DNA of 63,263 bases, the filler included, from Chiloscyllium plagiosum (taxonomy: Eukaryota), in the NCBI RefSeq assembly GCF_004010195.1. It is 10 parts of 10 records of this genome, joined end to end, with 100 filler letters (N's around TTAATTAATTAA, not from the genome) between each part and the next. Parts side by side here need not be neighbours in the genome. Positions count along the whole stretch, not along the records: positions 1 to 26,457 come from NC_057718.1; positions 26,558 to 27,900 come from NW_025148918.1; 8 more parts are not named here. One strand, written 5' to 3'. Shown here piece after piece: positions 13,428-27,147 of the stretch. Position numbers and translations under genes: made by a program. Position 1 is the first letter of the stretch, and each line of letters begins with the position of its first letter. A model generated the notes under the pieces. The model saw nothing but the letters and a program-made list of their open reading frames with translations, did not search any database and was not told the DNA's origin.

Positions 13428-14070
13428 GTCATAGACTTATAGAGATGTACAGCATGGAAACAGACCCTTCGGTCCAACTCGTCCATGCCAACCAGATATC
13501 CTAACCCAATCTAGTCCCACCTGCCAGCACCCGTCCATATCCCTCCAAACCCTTCCTTTTCATATACCCATACAAATACCTCTTAAATATTGCAATTGTA
13601 CCAGCCTCCACCACATCCTCTGGCAGCTTATTCCATACACGTACCACCCTCTGTGTGAAAAGGTTGCCCTGTAGGTCTCTTTTATATCTTTCTCCTCTCA
13701 CCCTAAACCCTATGCCCTCTAGTTCTGGATGCCCCGGCCTCAGGGAAAAGATTTTGTTGATTTACCCTATCCATGCCGCTCATAATTTTGTAAACCTCTA
13801 TAAGGTACCCCTCAGCCTCCAATGATCCAGGGAAAACAGCCCCAGCCTGTGCAGCCTCTCCTTATAGCTCAAATCCTCCAACCCTATCAACATCCTTGTA
13901 AATCTTTTCTGAACCCTTTCAAGTTTCACAACATCTTTCCGATAGGAAGGAGACCAGAATTGCATGCAATATTCCAACAGTGGCCTAACCAATGTCCTGT
14001 ACAACAGCAACATGACCTCCCAACTCCTGTACTCAATATTCTGACCAATAAAGGAAAGCATACCAAAAAT
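13428..14070 (-). mobile_element. CR1/HER1 LINE 3' end
   Basis: ORFs 13798-14082 and 13501-13701 (LYRTLVRPLLEYCMQFWSP; NLFTQRVVRVWNKLP) plus conserved 3' UTR (ACAGCATGGAAACAGACCCTTCGGTCC). Confidence 0.9.
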
Positions 14071-17000
14071 TGTTGCTCTCATTTTTCCAACATAAGAACA
14101 TAGAGTAGGATTTGAGCACTCCTTCTTTTTTCCCTCTTATCCCTGCTATCCCATCTTTAAACTTTCTATTCCTTACCCTCTTATGTTTCCCCTCCTCTAT
14201 TTTTGTTCTTTCCATGTACTCCCTCCCTCCATTTGAGCTCCTCCCTCCCACCTTTTCCCCAAACTTCTTCTATTTCTCTGTGCCCCTCCATCCCATTATT
14301 TCCTGCCCTCTCTGTGGTGGCCATTCCCCCCACTGCCATCGCCCTCAATATTTTCCTCAGAAGCCATGTCTTGCTGGGGTTTTAATGGCTGACCATCTCA
14401 TTGGTCTAAATGGATGGGGGTCAATATCGTTTCAGAATCTCACAATGTATTTCTCTCGCCCTGGCCCCTTCCTCTCCCTTCTCCAACCAGCTCCCTCTTC
14501 AATATTGCTTTTCCAGAACTGTTATTATGCCTAAAAACCAGACACACACACTGAGCTTGAGGCATCAAGATCTCCTGGGATCAATCCTTGGGATCTAATT
14601 AGGATCCAGTCAATGCTGGAGAAAGAGGAACATCGGATTGGGTCAGTACACATGTTGGTGAAGCAGCTCACTGGCTTCATTGTGAGCCTCAGGAATGTTG
14701 GAGCTGGATGGGGGATTGGGGAGTTCAAGGGTCAGTGGTTCCCCTGCCCCGACCCTGTTTGATGAACCTTCCCACTTCTGATTCTGTTGTCAATTGCCCA
14801 GACCATTTCAGGCCTCTGGGAGTGTAAATGGATGGGATGTGCTCTTTTGTAGCAGAGACCTTAATGTTGCTGACTCAGGGACTGGGGCTGGAACAAAGAG
14901 CTCTCTGCTCCTGCACACTCACATCATTTAACCAGAGAACTGCCTGACAATCCTTTATATCCTTTGCATAGTGCAAACGTGTCATTGACAAAGAACATCA
15001 GTCAATTCTGAGTTGCTAATGGCCCTGTTTTCACATCAAGAGATCTCAGGTCAATTCTCCGAGGGATTGGTGCCGGTCAAATTAGCTTCCTGGAATCTGC
15101 TCCAAATCCCTCATGACTGCCTCCTTGGATTGGTCCATGCAACAACATTCATTCGGCAAACTCTGAGTCAGGCTGTGATCCCACACAGTCAGATCTGGCA
15201 AACAGTTCAACCTGAGTCCCTTCACCAATGAGTCTGCTTCTGTCCTCCCCAAGCATGCACCTCCCATGATGAGACAGTGGATAAAACAAGGGAATTAAAG
15301 GGAGCTCAGGATGATGAAAGATCGCTTTGGGAATGAAAACAGGAACTATCAATATTGCGGTTGGGGTCACTTTGAGCAACATTGCGCAGAGAATGAAACT
15401 GAGAGCCTTTGCTGGTTTCACTCAAAACCACATTAACACCCAGTGCACCTTAAAAAAGAAACACATTCTGAAATGTCTGTGTGAGTGTCATGGTGGGTTT
15501 CAAATCATCAAACCAGGTTTGTGTTGGTGTTTCCCTCTCCAGGATAATGGGAGATGGGACTAGGGGAGAGCTGCCTGTTAGATGAAGCTGCAGCTCATAT
15601 TACAGCTGGATAGAACTTTAGTTTGGTCACATTTGGAATATTGTGTACAGTTCTGGTCACCACACTACCAGAAGGATGTGGAGGCTTTGGACAGGGTTTG
15701 TGAGTGCAGGGCCTCAATTTCAGGTTCTAAAACACAGAGAATATTGAAACGGATTGGACTGGGTTCAGAGGTTTGTGGTTTTATTGCCTCACTCTGTAAA
15801 TAAATGTAACACTGAGTAAAGGTTCACTGCAGTTTCCTCTTTCACCAAAGGTGGGATTTCTGAAATTGACCAGTGGGGCTTATTGGATATCTCGATCGAG
15901 GAACCAGTATCATCACTATGGGCCAAATGGCCCCCTTCTGTTGCTGTATTATTTGATGGTCAAACATGTTCTTTCTTTCTGTCTGAGACAAGTTCCTGCC
16001 TCATTCTCACTTCTCTTCATTTCATCATTTGACTTTTCAGCCCCAGGGAGGGAGACCATGGGGCATGGGCTTGACCCTGAACCCGTGCATTTTATTCAAA
16101 CTGGGATTGGAGCCCCAGCTGGTCAAGGGGTGACTGGGCGAGGAGGTACAAGAGGGAAAGTGTCATTGGAGTATGTACCAATGAGAACAGGGGATTACCA
16201 AAGCAAATCGTACAGAACCTTTGTTAGGGACTAGGAGAGAAGGGAATGGGCAGAATTTCCACTGTATTTACTGCGTCTCACCCAATTTTAAATGCAACAT
16301 CATGGCAGGGTGTTGTAAAAACCATCCTTTGGAAAAGAGGCACCTTTTAAATAATTGGATGGTTTAAAAGGTTAACGTGCACACAGAAAGTTCCAGATGC
16401 ATTCAGATAAAAAGTGGCAAAGATGCTAATTCAAGGGGATGTGAACATTGATTCCCCAAAGCCTGACCAAGAGTACCTTTAGCTCCATGTTCAATCAGCA
16501 GAGGGGCTGGTTCAAGGTCATTGAGCAACATTCCCTTTGACCTGGGTTTTTTAATCTGTCCTTCTAAGTGTAGTTGTTGGTCTGATCAAACCTGCCTCAT
16601 TATAGTAAAATAAATTACACACAGCGTTTGGAGATGGTTTAAAATAAAGTGATTCCAAATTACTTGCTTTGTGGAGAAAGAGAGATGACCAGACTATACA
16701 TTGATAATTTTTAAAAATACAATTGTTATCTTAAATGAAGAGTAGAAACAAGGGGCTGTGCATTATACAGTTACAGACACAGAACAATGCACACAGACTG
16801 TAACACTGTCCAGGTGCAGAGGTTGTGAGGACTTGTCACCCATGACAGTGTGGACCATGTGATCTACAACACACCTGTTCTTTAAGCATCTCAACAACAT
16901 TCAAGAAGCTTCACACGATCCAGAACAAAACAGTTGCTTGATTGGCACCACATCCACTCCCTCAGTAACAGCAGTATGTACCTTCCATAAGATGGACTGC

Positions 17001-17082
17001 AGAACTTCACCAAAGGTCCTTAGATAATACCTTTCAAATTCATGACTACTTCCATCTAGAAGAACAAGAGCAGCAGATACAT

Positions 17083-18977
17083 GGATGTAGATTTGCTTGC
17101 TGAACTGGCAGGTTCATTTTCAGATGTTTCGCCACCATACTAAGTAACATCATTAGTGAGTTTCCGGATGAAGCACTGGTGGCATGGTCCACTTTCTATT
17201 TATGTGGTGATGTTTCCTTGGGTTGGTGATGTCATTTTCTGTTCTTTTTCTCAGTTTGACTTGTCCCAGACTGGATGTGTTGTCCCGTTTGAAGTGGTGT
17301 CCTTCCTCATCTGTGTGTAAGGATATTAGTGAGAGTGGGTCATGTCCTTTTGTGGTTAGTGTTCTGCTTGTTAGTCCAATGTAGTATTTGTTACAGTCCT
17401 TGCACAGTATTTTGTAAATGACATTTGTCGGCGACCATGATGGTGTGAGTCTTCTATTAAGTGTTTTAGTCTTTGGCGTAGCTCCTTGGCCAATCTGTAA
17501 GTGACTCACACCACTTCATCCACTCCACCCAAGAATTCCTGAACACCACCAAAGACACCAAGATAGAAGAGGATGATAATAATGGTCTCCTTTGATGTAA
17601 CAGCCCTGTTCACATCCATCAATATCAACCTGGCCAAGGAAACACTGACTACACTATTAGAAAAATCAAAGACACATACACCAAACACCACCAACCTCAT
17701 CAGCAAGGACAATGTTGCCAAGCTAGTGGACCTATGCCTTACCACCCACTTAACTTTCAACAACAAAAGTACAGACAAACCAACGGAACGAACCTATGGG
17801 ATCCCCAATACCAGGATTCTTAGCAGAGGTAGTAATGCAGACACTCGAATAAACAGCTCTGCCAACCATCCAACCCAAACTTGGGTCTGCGATGTGGATG
17901 ACACCTTTATCATCACTAAACAAAACAAATTAGAGGAAACCTTCAAGAACATCAATAACACCCTTACTGGCATAAACTTCACTGAAGGGGAGGAAAATAA
18001 CAACAATCTGCCATTCCTAGATGTCACAGTAGAGTGAACAGCCAATGGGGAACTTCAAACTAGTGTCTACAGGTAAACAACACATACTGACCAAATACTG
18101 AACTAGAGAAGCAATCATCCCAACCCCTCAAACAAAGTTGCTTAGAACATTATTTCAATGAGCCACCACACATTATAGCACAGAAGAACTATGCAGAACA
18201 GAGGAAAATTGCCTATACAGTGTATTAAAAAAGAACGAGTATCTAATGAACACAGTCTGCCGATTTCTCAGCAATTAACTCCAACAAGCAGACAAATTAC
18301 ATCCAGAAATCCTAGCCACTCTCCTCTACATCAAAGATATCTCAGAAATGACTGCCAGACTACTCAGACCTCTTGGCATCATGGTAGCCCACAAACCCAT
18401 CAACATGCTAAAACTGTAGCTAATGAGCTTGAAAGACCCTATACAGACAATAAGCAAAACTAATGTCATTTACAAAATACCTTGCAAGAATTGTAACAAA
18501 AACTACATTGGACAAACAGGCAGAAAACTAGCCACCAGGATACATGAACATCAACTAGCCACAAAAAGACATGACCCACTCTCACTAATATTCTTACATA
18601 CAGATGAGGGAGGACACCACTTCAAGTGGGACAACACATCCATCCTAGGACAAGCCAAACAGAAACATGCTTGAGAATTCCTAGAAGCATGGCATACCAA
18701 CTGGAACTCTATCAACAAAGGCATTGACTTAGATCCCATTTATCATCCCTTTAGAAAAAGAACAGAAAATTACATCACCATAGGAATTTACATCACCAAC
18801 CCAAGGAAACCTAAACACATAAATATAAATTGGGCCTAGCCACCAGTGCTTCATCCAGAGGCTCACTGATGATGTTACCTAATATGGTGATGAAACATCT
18901 GAAAACATATCTTCCAGCTCAGTGAGCAAACCTACAGCCAGCTCTTCAACTTGAGCTACAAATCTTCTCAAAACTTA
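17083..18977 (+). mobile_element. Penelope-like retroelement (RT + GIY-YIG) with inverted 5' copy of its 3' end
   Basis: RT motifs MVSFDVTALFTSI and WVCDVDDTF (17573-18037); GIY-YIG VIYKIPCKNCNKNYIGQTGRKLATRIHEH (18423-18674); ~17083-17430 is a reverse-complement copy of ~18460-18940. Confidence 0.9.
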
Positions 18978-19718
18978 ATAACAAGCAATGTGGAGATAGG
19001 TCGCTCTGTCAATGTGGGACATTTATATTTTCAAAGCTCATCAAAGGTTACACCATACAATAAGAGCTCATGTTGAAGGGGGGATTTTATTATCATGAAT
19101 AGAGGATAGATTCACAAAAGGAAAGAGAAAGCTGAGATAAATGAGTCATTTTCGGTGTGTAACTAGTGAGGTTTTTCTTCCATTTGTTCATCGTTATCAA
19201 TAGCTGGTCAGCATTTATTGCCCACTCTGAAGTGCCAAGTGGGGAGATATGAGTTAAGTAAATTAAATTCTGGAGTCACATGAGGCCAGACAGGGTAAGG
19301 AACAGATATTGTAACAGGTTCACTGCCGAAGCCTTAACTATTTACAATCTCTATCAACAACGGGGCATGGTCTGGGGAGAGTGCACTGCAGTCAGTATCT
19401 GATAATCCTTATGTTCCTGGACCCATGCATCATATGGAAGGATTGCTTCAGTAGCTTAGGCTTCAGGCATTTGTTTAGAGCCTGTCGAAACAAAATTAAA
19501 AACATTATTAGTTTCCAAAATCAATCTTTCAACAAATACAACAGCGAAGGATAATTTCAGATGCTCAGGGTTTATCCAGGAGGTAACTCAGTGAATCCTG
19601 CCTGGAAGCTCCCAGCTGTCTCACCAGCCAGTGCAGAGTGTGTGTACCCCAGAGACAATGTCAGTCAAGAATGGGGTTGTTCTTACCACCCTGGGGCTAT
19701 GAAGGACAATTGTTCATT

Positions 19719-19726
19719 ATTTGCAT
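19719..19726 (+). promoter_or_regulatory. octamer ATTTGCAT ahead of a leader-like segment
   Basis: Perfect octamer ~80 bp upstream of ATGATCCAAATCCAACTG...GTTGCAG|GTGAGT, which resembles the kappa leader at 34634-34586. Confidence 0.45.
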
Positions 19727-21800
19727 ATCAATGTGATGAACATGATTAGAACTGATGGCGTGGTGTTTGATCATTGCTTTCACAGCACAATCCAGAGCAG
19801 CTGATGATCCAAATCCAACTGCAGATTATGGAAATATGGGAATGTTGCAGGTGAGTTCAGGTGGTTTTCGAGGATGTTGGTTTCTGTCATTGGAAGGTTC
19901 AGTCTGATGGGACATCTCTGACCGTGTGTTTGAGTTTTTTATCACTGAGCGTCAGATTTCAGTGTTAGAGTAGAAGGTATGACACAGACCAGTTCCTGAA
20001 ATTGAGAGTTTATGGGGATCTTATGAAAAAGGAAGAGCAGTAAGCTGGTTGGCCCTTTCAGTCTGCTCTACCATTCAATAGCATCATGGCTGATCACTGC
20101 ATCTTTCATGAAAGGGCAAGTGTTTTTGTGGGCACTCTACATGCTGAGGAATAGCGCCTCCTTCCGGGAGGAGCAGGAATAATGGGAGACTTCCAATTCA
20201 TCAGAGGCCTCCTGCCTCTCCATGTGATCCATTTTATCCCCATACATGGCTGGGAATGTGTGTCCAGGATCCTGTAACCCAAGGGCCACAGTGGGCCCTG
20301 TGTACACCTTTCCATTGTAATCTTTCGCAGCTCATGAAAGATGACCTTATACCCTCATGGTTTGAGCCTGTGGCTGGGAGCCTTTCATGGGAAAGTTTGT
20401 GTTTGTGTGTGTTAATGATATCTCAAAGATTCTTTCCCACACAGTGACACACAGCTCCAATGATGTCCTGCCACCACATGGGACTAACTACTCTCTGCTG
20501 CTTTATGCAGTGTTGCTGCTCATTTCAATGAAACTTTCCCAGACTTTTCCTCATGGATGCAAAATGTAACAGATCCACAAGCTCCTCCTGAGCCCTTGTT
20601 AATGTTCCAGAAATATACCTTTAAGGTTGTTGTAAACAGACTGATCCACTGGCTTTAACGTCTAACAGAAAACAGAGAAATATTATAAACTGGGACCTAG
20701 TAACATATGCACAATGTAAGGATGTTTGCAATTTTCCCATGTCGTAAAATTTTAAATTCTCACCGAGTACACAGCATTGGAATCTTCCAGAAAATCCCCT
20801 GAGTTCTGGAATGAAATATAAAGAAATGTTTAAAACATTGTAACTGTAACTGGTTTCTGAGTTCCCTGGGATAATGCACCATCTTTAGTTATTTCTTCAA
20901 TCAGCCCCACACACTATATTTAAATCAGGAGCAGCAATAAAGTCAGAGCCCAGCAGATTTATAAAGTATGTGCAGAGAAACAGAAAGTGAAGGATATTCC
21001 CAAATTGATAATAATGTGACCCAATCACAGGGACTATGGGAGAAGGAATCAGACAGCTATAAAAATAAAGTTCTGGATGTGCATCAAATCCCAATCAGCT
21101 GGGGGGATGAGGAATTGTCTCAAAGCAGGTTTCATGCAACCAGCCACAGGCTCAAACCATGAAGGTATAAGGTCATCTTTCATGAGCTGCAAACATGAAA
21201 GATTACAATGGAAAGGTGTTCACAGGGCCCACTGTGGCCCTTGGGTTACAGGATCCTGGATACACATTCCCAGCCATGCATGGGGATAAAACGGATCACA
21301 TGGAGAGGCAGGAGGCCTCTGATGAAATGGGAGTCTCCCATTATTCCTGCTCCTCCCAGGAGGAGGCACTATTCCTCAGCATGGAGAGTGCCCACAAAAA
21401 CACCTTCCCTTTCATGAAAGATGCAGCGATCATCCATGATGTTATTGAATGGTGGAGCAGGCTGAAAGGGCCAACCAGCTTACTACTCTTCCTTTTTCAT
21501 AAGATCCCCATAAACCCTCAATTTCAGGAACTGGTCTGTGTCATACCTCCTACTCTAACACTAAAACCTGACGCTCAGTGACAAAAGATTCAAACACACG
21601 GTCAGACATGTCCCATCAGACTGAACCTTCCCATGACAGAATCCAACATCCTCAAAAACCACCTGAACTCACCTGCAACATTCTCATATTTCAATAATCT
21701 GCAGTTGGATTTGGATCATCAGCCGCTCTGGATTGTGCTGTGAAAGCAATGATCAAACACCAAGCCATCAGTTCTAATCATGTTCATCACATTGATATGC
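19723..21800. repeat. long inverted duplication: arms 19723-20377 and 21140-21800, ~760-bp spacer
   Basis: ORFs 20106-20315(-) and 21208-21417(+) are near-identical; arm ends GCATATCAATGTG / CACATTGATATGC and GCCTGTGGCTGG / CCAGCCACAGGC are reverse complements. Confidence 0.95.
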
Positions 21801-22888
21801 TGCCAACAATCTCTCCATTCCTGGCTTGCTGAACATTTTGTTCTGGTCTTTCCTGTTCTAGACAGGCAGATGGGAGCAGAGTGGTAATGTTACTGTTCCA
21901 CAGGAATCCAGAGGCCCAGGCTAATGCTCAGGGAGTTGGTTTCAGATTTGGTTCTAATTTTGGATCCAATCTGGATGGCTCTTCAGGTACCTTGTGGCCT
22001 GGTCAATGTTCAGAAAGTTTTGTTTCCATCAGAGTGACTATAGCCGGACCCCAGGAGGTTTCTGTAATGTGCCCTGCATTTATAAGATAATGCTTGATAG
22101 ATTGGGAGACAGAACCTTTCTCTCTGATCCACAATACTCCTTCTCCATTCTCTAGAATCTATCACCTGACTACTAATGTCAATGTCACCTTATTCTCTCC
22201 ATCACTTGCTCATTACTGGGGGTTGGTTAGCTCAGGTGGCTGGAAGACTTGTTTTCTGATGCACAGTGACACCAGACACTCCTTCTCAATCTGTCTCCTC
22301 ATCTGAGGCATGGTGAACCTAAGGTTAAAGCAACCCCAATCATCTCTCTTTAATGAAAAAGTAACGCTACAGTCCAGTGGCACTACATGAGTTTACCTGT
22401 ATCTCATAGCTTTAAGGCACAATGGTTTCCAAACCCAGCAGAGCACCTGGTGGATTTCCAGTTCAAGTTATTATTAAAACAAATTCTGGAAATGAAATCT
22501 ATTCTCAGTGAGAATGACCATGAAACTATCTTTGATTTTTGTAAATACACATCTGGTTCACAATGCCCTTAGGCAAGGAAACTGCCATTATTAACTGGTC
22601 TGTCCCGCATGTGACTGCTGACCCACAGCAATGTGGTTGGTGCTTAACTGCTCTCTGGGCAATCACGGCTGGACATTAAGTACTGATTATGTATGAATCA
22701 AATAGGAGTCTTCTATTTTGGCATCAGGTCAAACATGGGCAAGGAAACCTGCAGATTTACCATATAACAGCCTCTCTCAATTGCCAATTGCCAATTGCCC
22801 ATCTATGTCCTTTACATAAGAAGCAGGACTAATCCAATCTGGCCAGTTATGGCCCCATCAGTCTACTTTCAGTCATCAGTAAAGTGAA

Positions 22889-23110
22889 GAATAGAATAGA
22901 ATAGAAGAATACAGCGCAGTACAGGCCCTTCGGCCCTCGATGTTGCGCCGATCCAAGCCCACCTAACCTACATTAGCCCACTATCCTCCATATGCCTATC
23001 CAATGCCTGCTTAAATGTCCATAATGAGGGAGAGTCCACCACTGCTACTGGCAGGGCATTCCATGAACTCACAACTCGCTGAGTAAAGAACCTACTCCTA
23101 ACATCTGTGC
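22889..23110 (-). mobile_element. CR1/HER1 LINE 3' tip with (TAGAA)n tail
   Basis: AGAATAGAATAG microsatellite followed by sequence homologous to 410-615. Confidence 0.75.
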
Positions 23111-25204
23111 TCATAAACACACTGCAGAATCCAGACAGGCCACAGCTACCAACAGACAGTTTGCAATCAACCCAGTAGCTGCAGACTCTACAATAAACAC
23201 CTGAATTCAGGTTTGCATGGAGTCAATCATACTCAGGGTGATCAAAAAACATTGAATTGTGTACCAGACACATAGACGCCTTACTTGGAGGAAGCTGCAT
23301 GTGCCCAGCACCTCCATGTATGGAGGTTTAAGGATCACCCAGGCCTCAACATGCCAACGCCTGGTTGGGTCTGATCGATCAGGGTGATTGAGACTGATTG
23401 ATCTGTTGGTGAACAGTGAAGGCCCTCCAAAAAAGGCCTGAAGACTTTGGAGTATAAGAAACACTGCAACACCATGCTCAGGGTGGTAACTCAAGACTAA
23501 CCACTGAGAAGAGAAGGCACCCTGAAAACATGGGAAGAAGAAGACCAGACAACATCGCCACATGGAGCATGGCCAAGGTCAAGTGTTGTGGGATATGATC
23601 ATCCAGAGTTAGGTTAAAGCACTTGCATTTGGAGTGTAAATTGTTGATTTATACTGTATTTTATTGTGATAGCATTAATTATGACAGATAAATGAATATT
23701 ATTGTTTATTATTATTAAGAGTCAATGCACAGTTCTTTTTCTAGATATAAGAGTTCAAATACACTGAGTGGCAGGCACAGCAGCACCATTTATACTTCTG
23801 TAGAGAAGACCTCACTGGGGGAAGAGAGCTTAAAATCGAGCCCCACTATTCCCAGAGTCTTTGTAATTTAATGAAACCACTGAATTGCCCCAATATTACC
23901 CCAAAGTGACTAATTCAGGTTAAAATATTACTATCTTTTTAAATTCAAAGAATTTTTCTAATTGACCCATTCAGAGATATTATTACACACCTCTGGAGCA
24001 GTTAGGACTTGAACCTCGGCCTCCTGGTCACAGGATATAGGCACTACCATGATGCACAACAAGGTTTTCGTTAACAGGACAGTGATGATTTATTACAAGT
24101 TCTGGTCCCCATCAGACCCACAAACATCGCTGAGTTGCTTTATGACACACTGACATGATGAGCATGTTGTCCTCAACTGCTTTGGGTAATATTTCAGTGT
24201 GTTCCAGGAAGCTTTTATCAAAATTGCAAACTCTTTCTCACACAGTTTAAAATAATATCTTCTCCAATTTTCGCTCCACAGTCCACAAAATACAAGTGGT
24301 CTTTCCATGGCTGCACACTTAGGAGTGATGAAGCACCATTTCAAAAGGAGTGTTTGATCTCAACGACCAAGTGTACAGGCCATCTTCTCTGATACACAGA
24401 TGGCTACCAGGTTCCACACTCTGTCAGTTCCATGAGGAAAGGTTGGGAATTTTCTGATACAATCAGAGGGGCAGACCTCAAGCTAGTGTTGACACCCACC
24501 CAAAAGCCCACACTTCAGAAGGGCAGTCATCAACATCATCGGCTGAATTCCACTGGACACGATGTGAGTCATAACACAAACACAAGTGCAATGATGGTTC
24601 AGGAGGGGACAACCACATGCTCTAGGTGCGTGGCCCATTGGGCTACTTTAGAAAATATTGTGTGTTAACAGCACCTTCATTACAAAACAAAGATCACCTC
24701 ATACAAGGAGAGAATATCTGGAGAAATGGAAGTACTTCAACAAGGAGAGAGTTCAAGCAAATAAAGATAGAGAACTAAAGGTGAAGCTTGCATGCCTGGA
24801 GCAGGTCAAAAAGAGTCATAACAGAGTCTGAACCATTAATTTGAAGGTGCAAGGCTTTGAAACAGGCTTTGAAATGTGACAGAGGAGCAGCTGTTTCAAT
24901 ACGAGCTGACAGCTTGCCTCAGTTGAAGCCAGTGAGAATCAGAAACATCTCCAAGAACCAGGAGGCAGAGATCGTCGGAAGTGAGGACTGATCACAGTGA
25001 AGATTAGTCACAGTGAGTGACATTGCACTGAAGCATTATGCATCCTGGATCATCAGCCTGCCTCATTGCTGAACAGAAATATAAATACGTGCCCAGGTCT
25101 CTGAGAGAGAGTGGGTCGGATACATCAGAATGAAGATAGGGGAATATCAGCAAGAATTTCAAAAGGTAGTTAAAGGTTTAGGTAAACTCAGGCAGGGACA
25201 TAAC

Positions 25205-26200
25205 ACTATTCTGTAAGGTCATTCCAAACACACACCACCCTCTGCATGAAAAGGTTGCCCCAGAGGTGCCTTTTAAATCTTTCCCCTCCCATCTTTAACC
25301 TATGTCCTCCAGTTTTAAACTTCCCTTCCTTGAGAAACAGACCTTCATTATTTACCCTATCAATGCCCCTCATGATCTTATGAACCTTTAAAAGGTGACC
25401 TCTCAGCTTCTGATGCACCAGGGAAAACAACCCCAGCCTATTCGGCTTCTCCCTACAGCTCAAACCCTCCAGCCCTGGAAACATTCTTGTAAATCTTTTG
25501 TGAACCTTTTCAAGGTTTATAATATCATTTCTATAGCAGGGAGGCCAGAATTGAACACAGTAATCCAAAATGGCCTAACCAATGATTTGTATAGCCACTA
25601 CATGACTTCCCAACTCCTACACTCAAAGCACTGATCAAATGCCCTTCCTCATTATCCTGTGTCCTTGCAACTCCACTTTCAAAGAACTACGAACCTGCAC
25701 TCCAAGGTTTTTTTGTTCAGCAACATGCCCCAGGACCTTCCCATTAAGCGTATAAGTCCTGCTCTGGTTTGCTTTTCCAAAATGCAGCATTTCATATTTA
25801 TTTAAATGAAACTCTATCTGTCACTCCTCAACACCAAGATCTCATTGTACTCTTAGGTTATCTTCTTCTGTCCACAACACCTGCAGAACTATATGAATTA
25901 TGTTTCCTATGTTCACATCCAAATAATTTATATAAATGACACAAGCAGTGGATCTCGTACTGATCCTTGCCACACACCGCTGGTCACAGACCTCCAGTCT
26001 GAAAATTAACTCTCCACTACTACCCTCTGTCTACTACCTTTGAGGCAATTTTGTATCCAAGTGGCTAGCTCTCTCTGTATTTCATGTGCTCTAACCCTAT
26101 TAACCAGTAAACCATGAGAAATCTTGTCAAGTGCCTTGCTAAGGTCCAGAAAGACAACATCCACTGTTCTGCATTCATCAATCTTCTTTGTCATCTCTTT
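25205..26200 (-). mobile_element. CR1/HER1 LINE RT fragment
   Basis: ORFs 26006-26194 (VDVVFLDLSKALDKISHG) and 25206-25568 (YCVQFWPP...NLFMQRVVCVWN). Confidence 0.88.
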
Positions 26201-26204
26201 AAGA

Positions 26205-26457
26205 GACTCAGAGCTGGAAATGTGTTGCTGGAAAAGCGCAGCAGGTCAGGCAGCATCCAGGGAACAGGAGAATTGACGTTTCGGGCATAAGCCCTTCTTC
26301 AGGAATGAGGAAAGTTTGTCCAGCAGGCTAAGATAAAAGATAGGGAGGAGGGACTTGGGGGAGGGGCGTCGGAAATGTGATAGGTGGAAAGAGGTCAAGG
26401 TGAGGGTGATAGGACAGATTGGGGTGGGGGCGGAGAGGTCGGGAAGAAGATTGCAGG
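26205..26457 (-). mobile_element. Penelope-like 3' end with intact minimal hammerhead core
   Basis: Reverse complement of 26275-26303 reads CCTGAAGA-A-GGGC-TTAT-GCCC-GAAAC-GTC; element runs into the gap. Confidence 0.75.
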
Positions 26458-26557
26458 NNNNNNNNNNNNNNNNNNNNNNNNNNNNNNNNNNNNNNNNNNN
26501 NTTAATTAATTAANNNNNNNNNNNNNNNNNNNNNNNNNNNNNNNNNNNNNNNNNNNN
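26458..26557. other. artificial contig join (N44-TTAATTAATTAA-N44); same join at 27901, 35680, 43412, 47024, 50625, 57672, 59379 and 61462
   Basis: Identical 100-bp N blocks with a six-frame stop linker. Separate sized gaps at 40104-40323, 41907-41967 and 44973-45664. Confidence 0.97.
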
Positions 26558-26812
26558 CCACATCAACCCGCCGAAGCGCACCCACCCAGACACATTCCCC
26601 TACACCTAACACTAGAGGCAATTTAGCGTGGCCAATTCACCTAACCTGCACATTTTTGGACTATGGGAGGAAACCGGAGCACCCAGAGGTAACCCACACA
26701 GACACGGGGAGAATGTGCAAACTCCACACAGTCAGTTGCCTGAGGCAGGAATTGAACCCGGGTCTCTGGCACTGTGAGGCAGCAGTGCTAACCACTATGT
26801 CACCATGCCGCC
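26558..26812 (-). mobile_element. HE1-type SINE
   Basis: Reverse complement begins GGGCGGCATGGTGACATAGTGGTTAGCACTGCTGCCTCACAG...GGGTTCAATTCC (tRNA A/B boxes). Confidence 0.85.
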
Positions 26813-27147
26813 CAAACGATCTGGTTTACTGAAGCAGAGACTTCTGAGGTTCACATTGTTTTGTACAGCTGACAGTCTTCAGCAACTTCAAGAGATTTTA
26901 CTCGGCATACAGTCAACACTTCCCCATCAAACACTCCCCGGAGAAGGATAGCATGAGGTTTGACATAGCTTAAAGTCTCTTGACATTGTCGCAGTGACCT
27001 ACTTCAACATCCAAACCTCAGACGTACCTCTGAGCAGTCCTGAGAAGGAAGAGAGTTTAAATTCAGTGCTAACAATGACCTTTGTCCTGCCAGCTCAGCC
27101 CTGTTCCATTTAAAGTTGCGTCTCCTCTGTGGACTGTCTCCAACACT

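Noticed and set aside
11891-13486. Protein-coding gene from ORFs at 11.9-13.5 kb
   Set aside because: No recognisable domain; ORFs overlap repeat fragments and lack a consistent exon structure.
20440-20480. Functional RSS
   Set aside because: Perfect heptamer but no nonamer at 12 or 23 bp; kept only as weak support for a fossil V.
26502-26513. Recurrent TTAATTAATTAA palindrome as a biological motif or CRISPR-like repeat
   Set aside because: Always centred in a 100-bp N block; it is an assembly linker.
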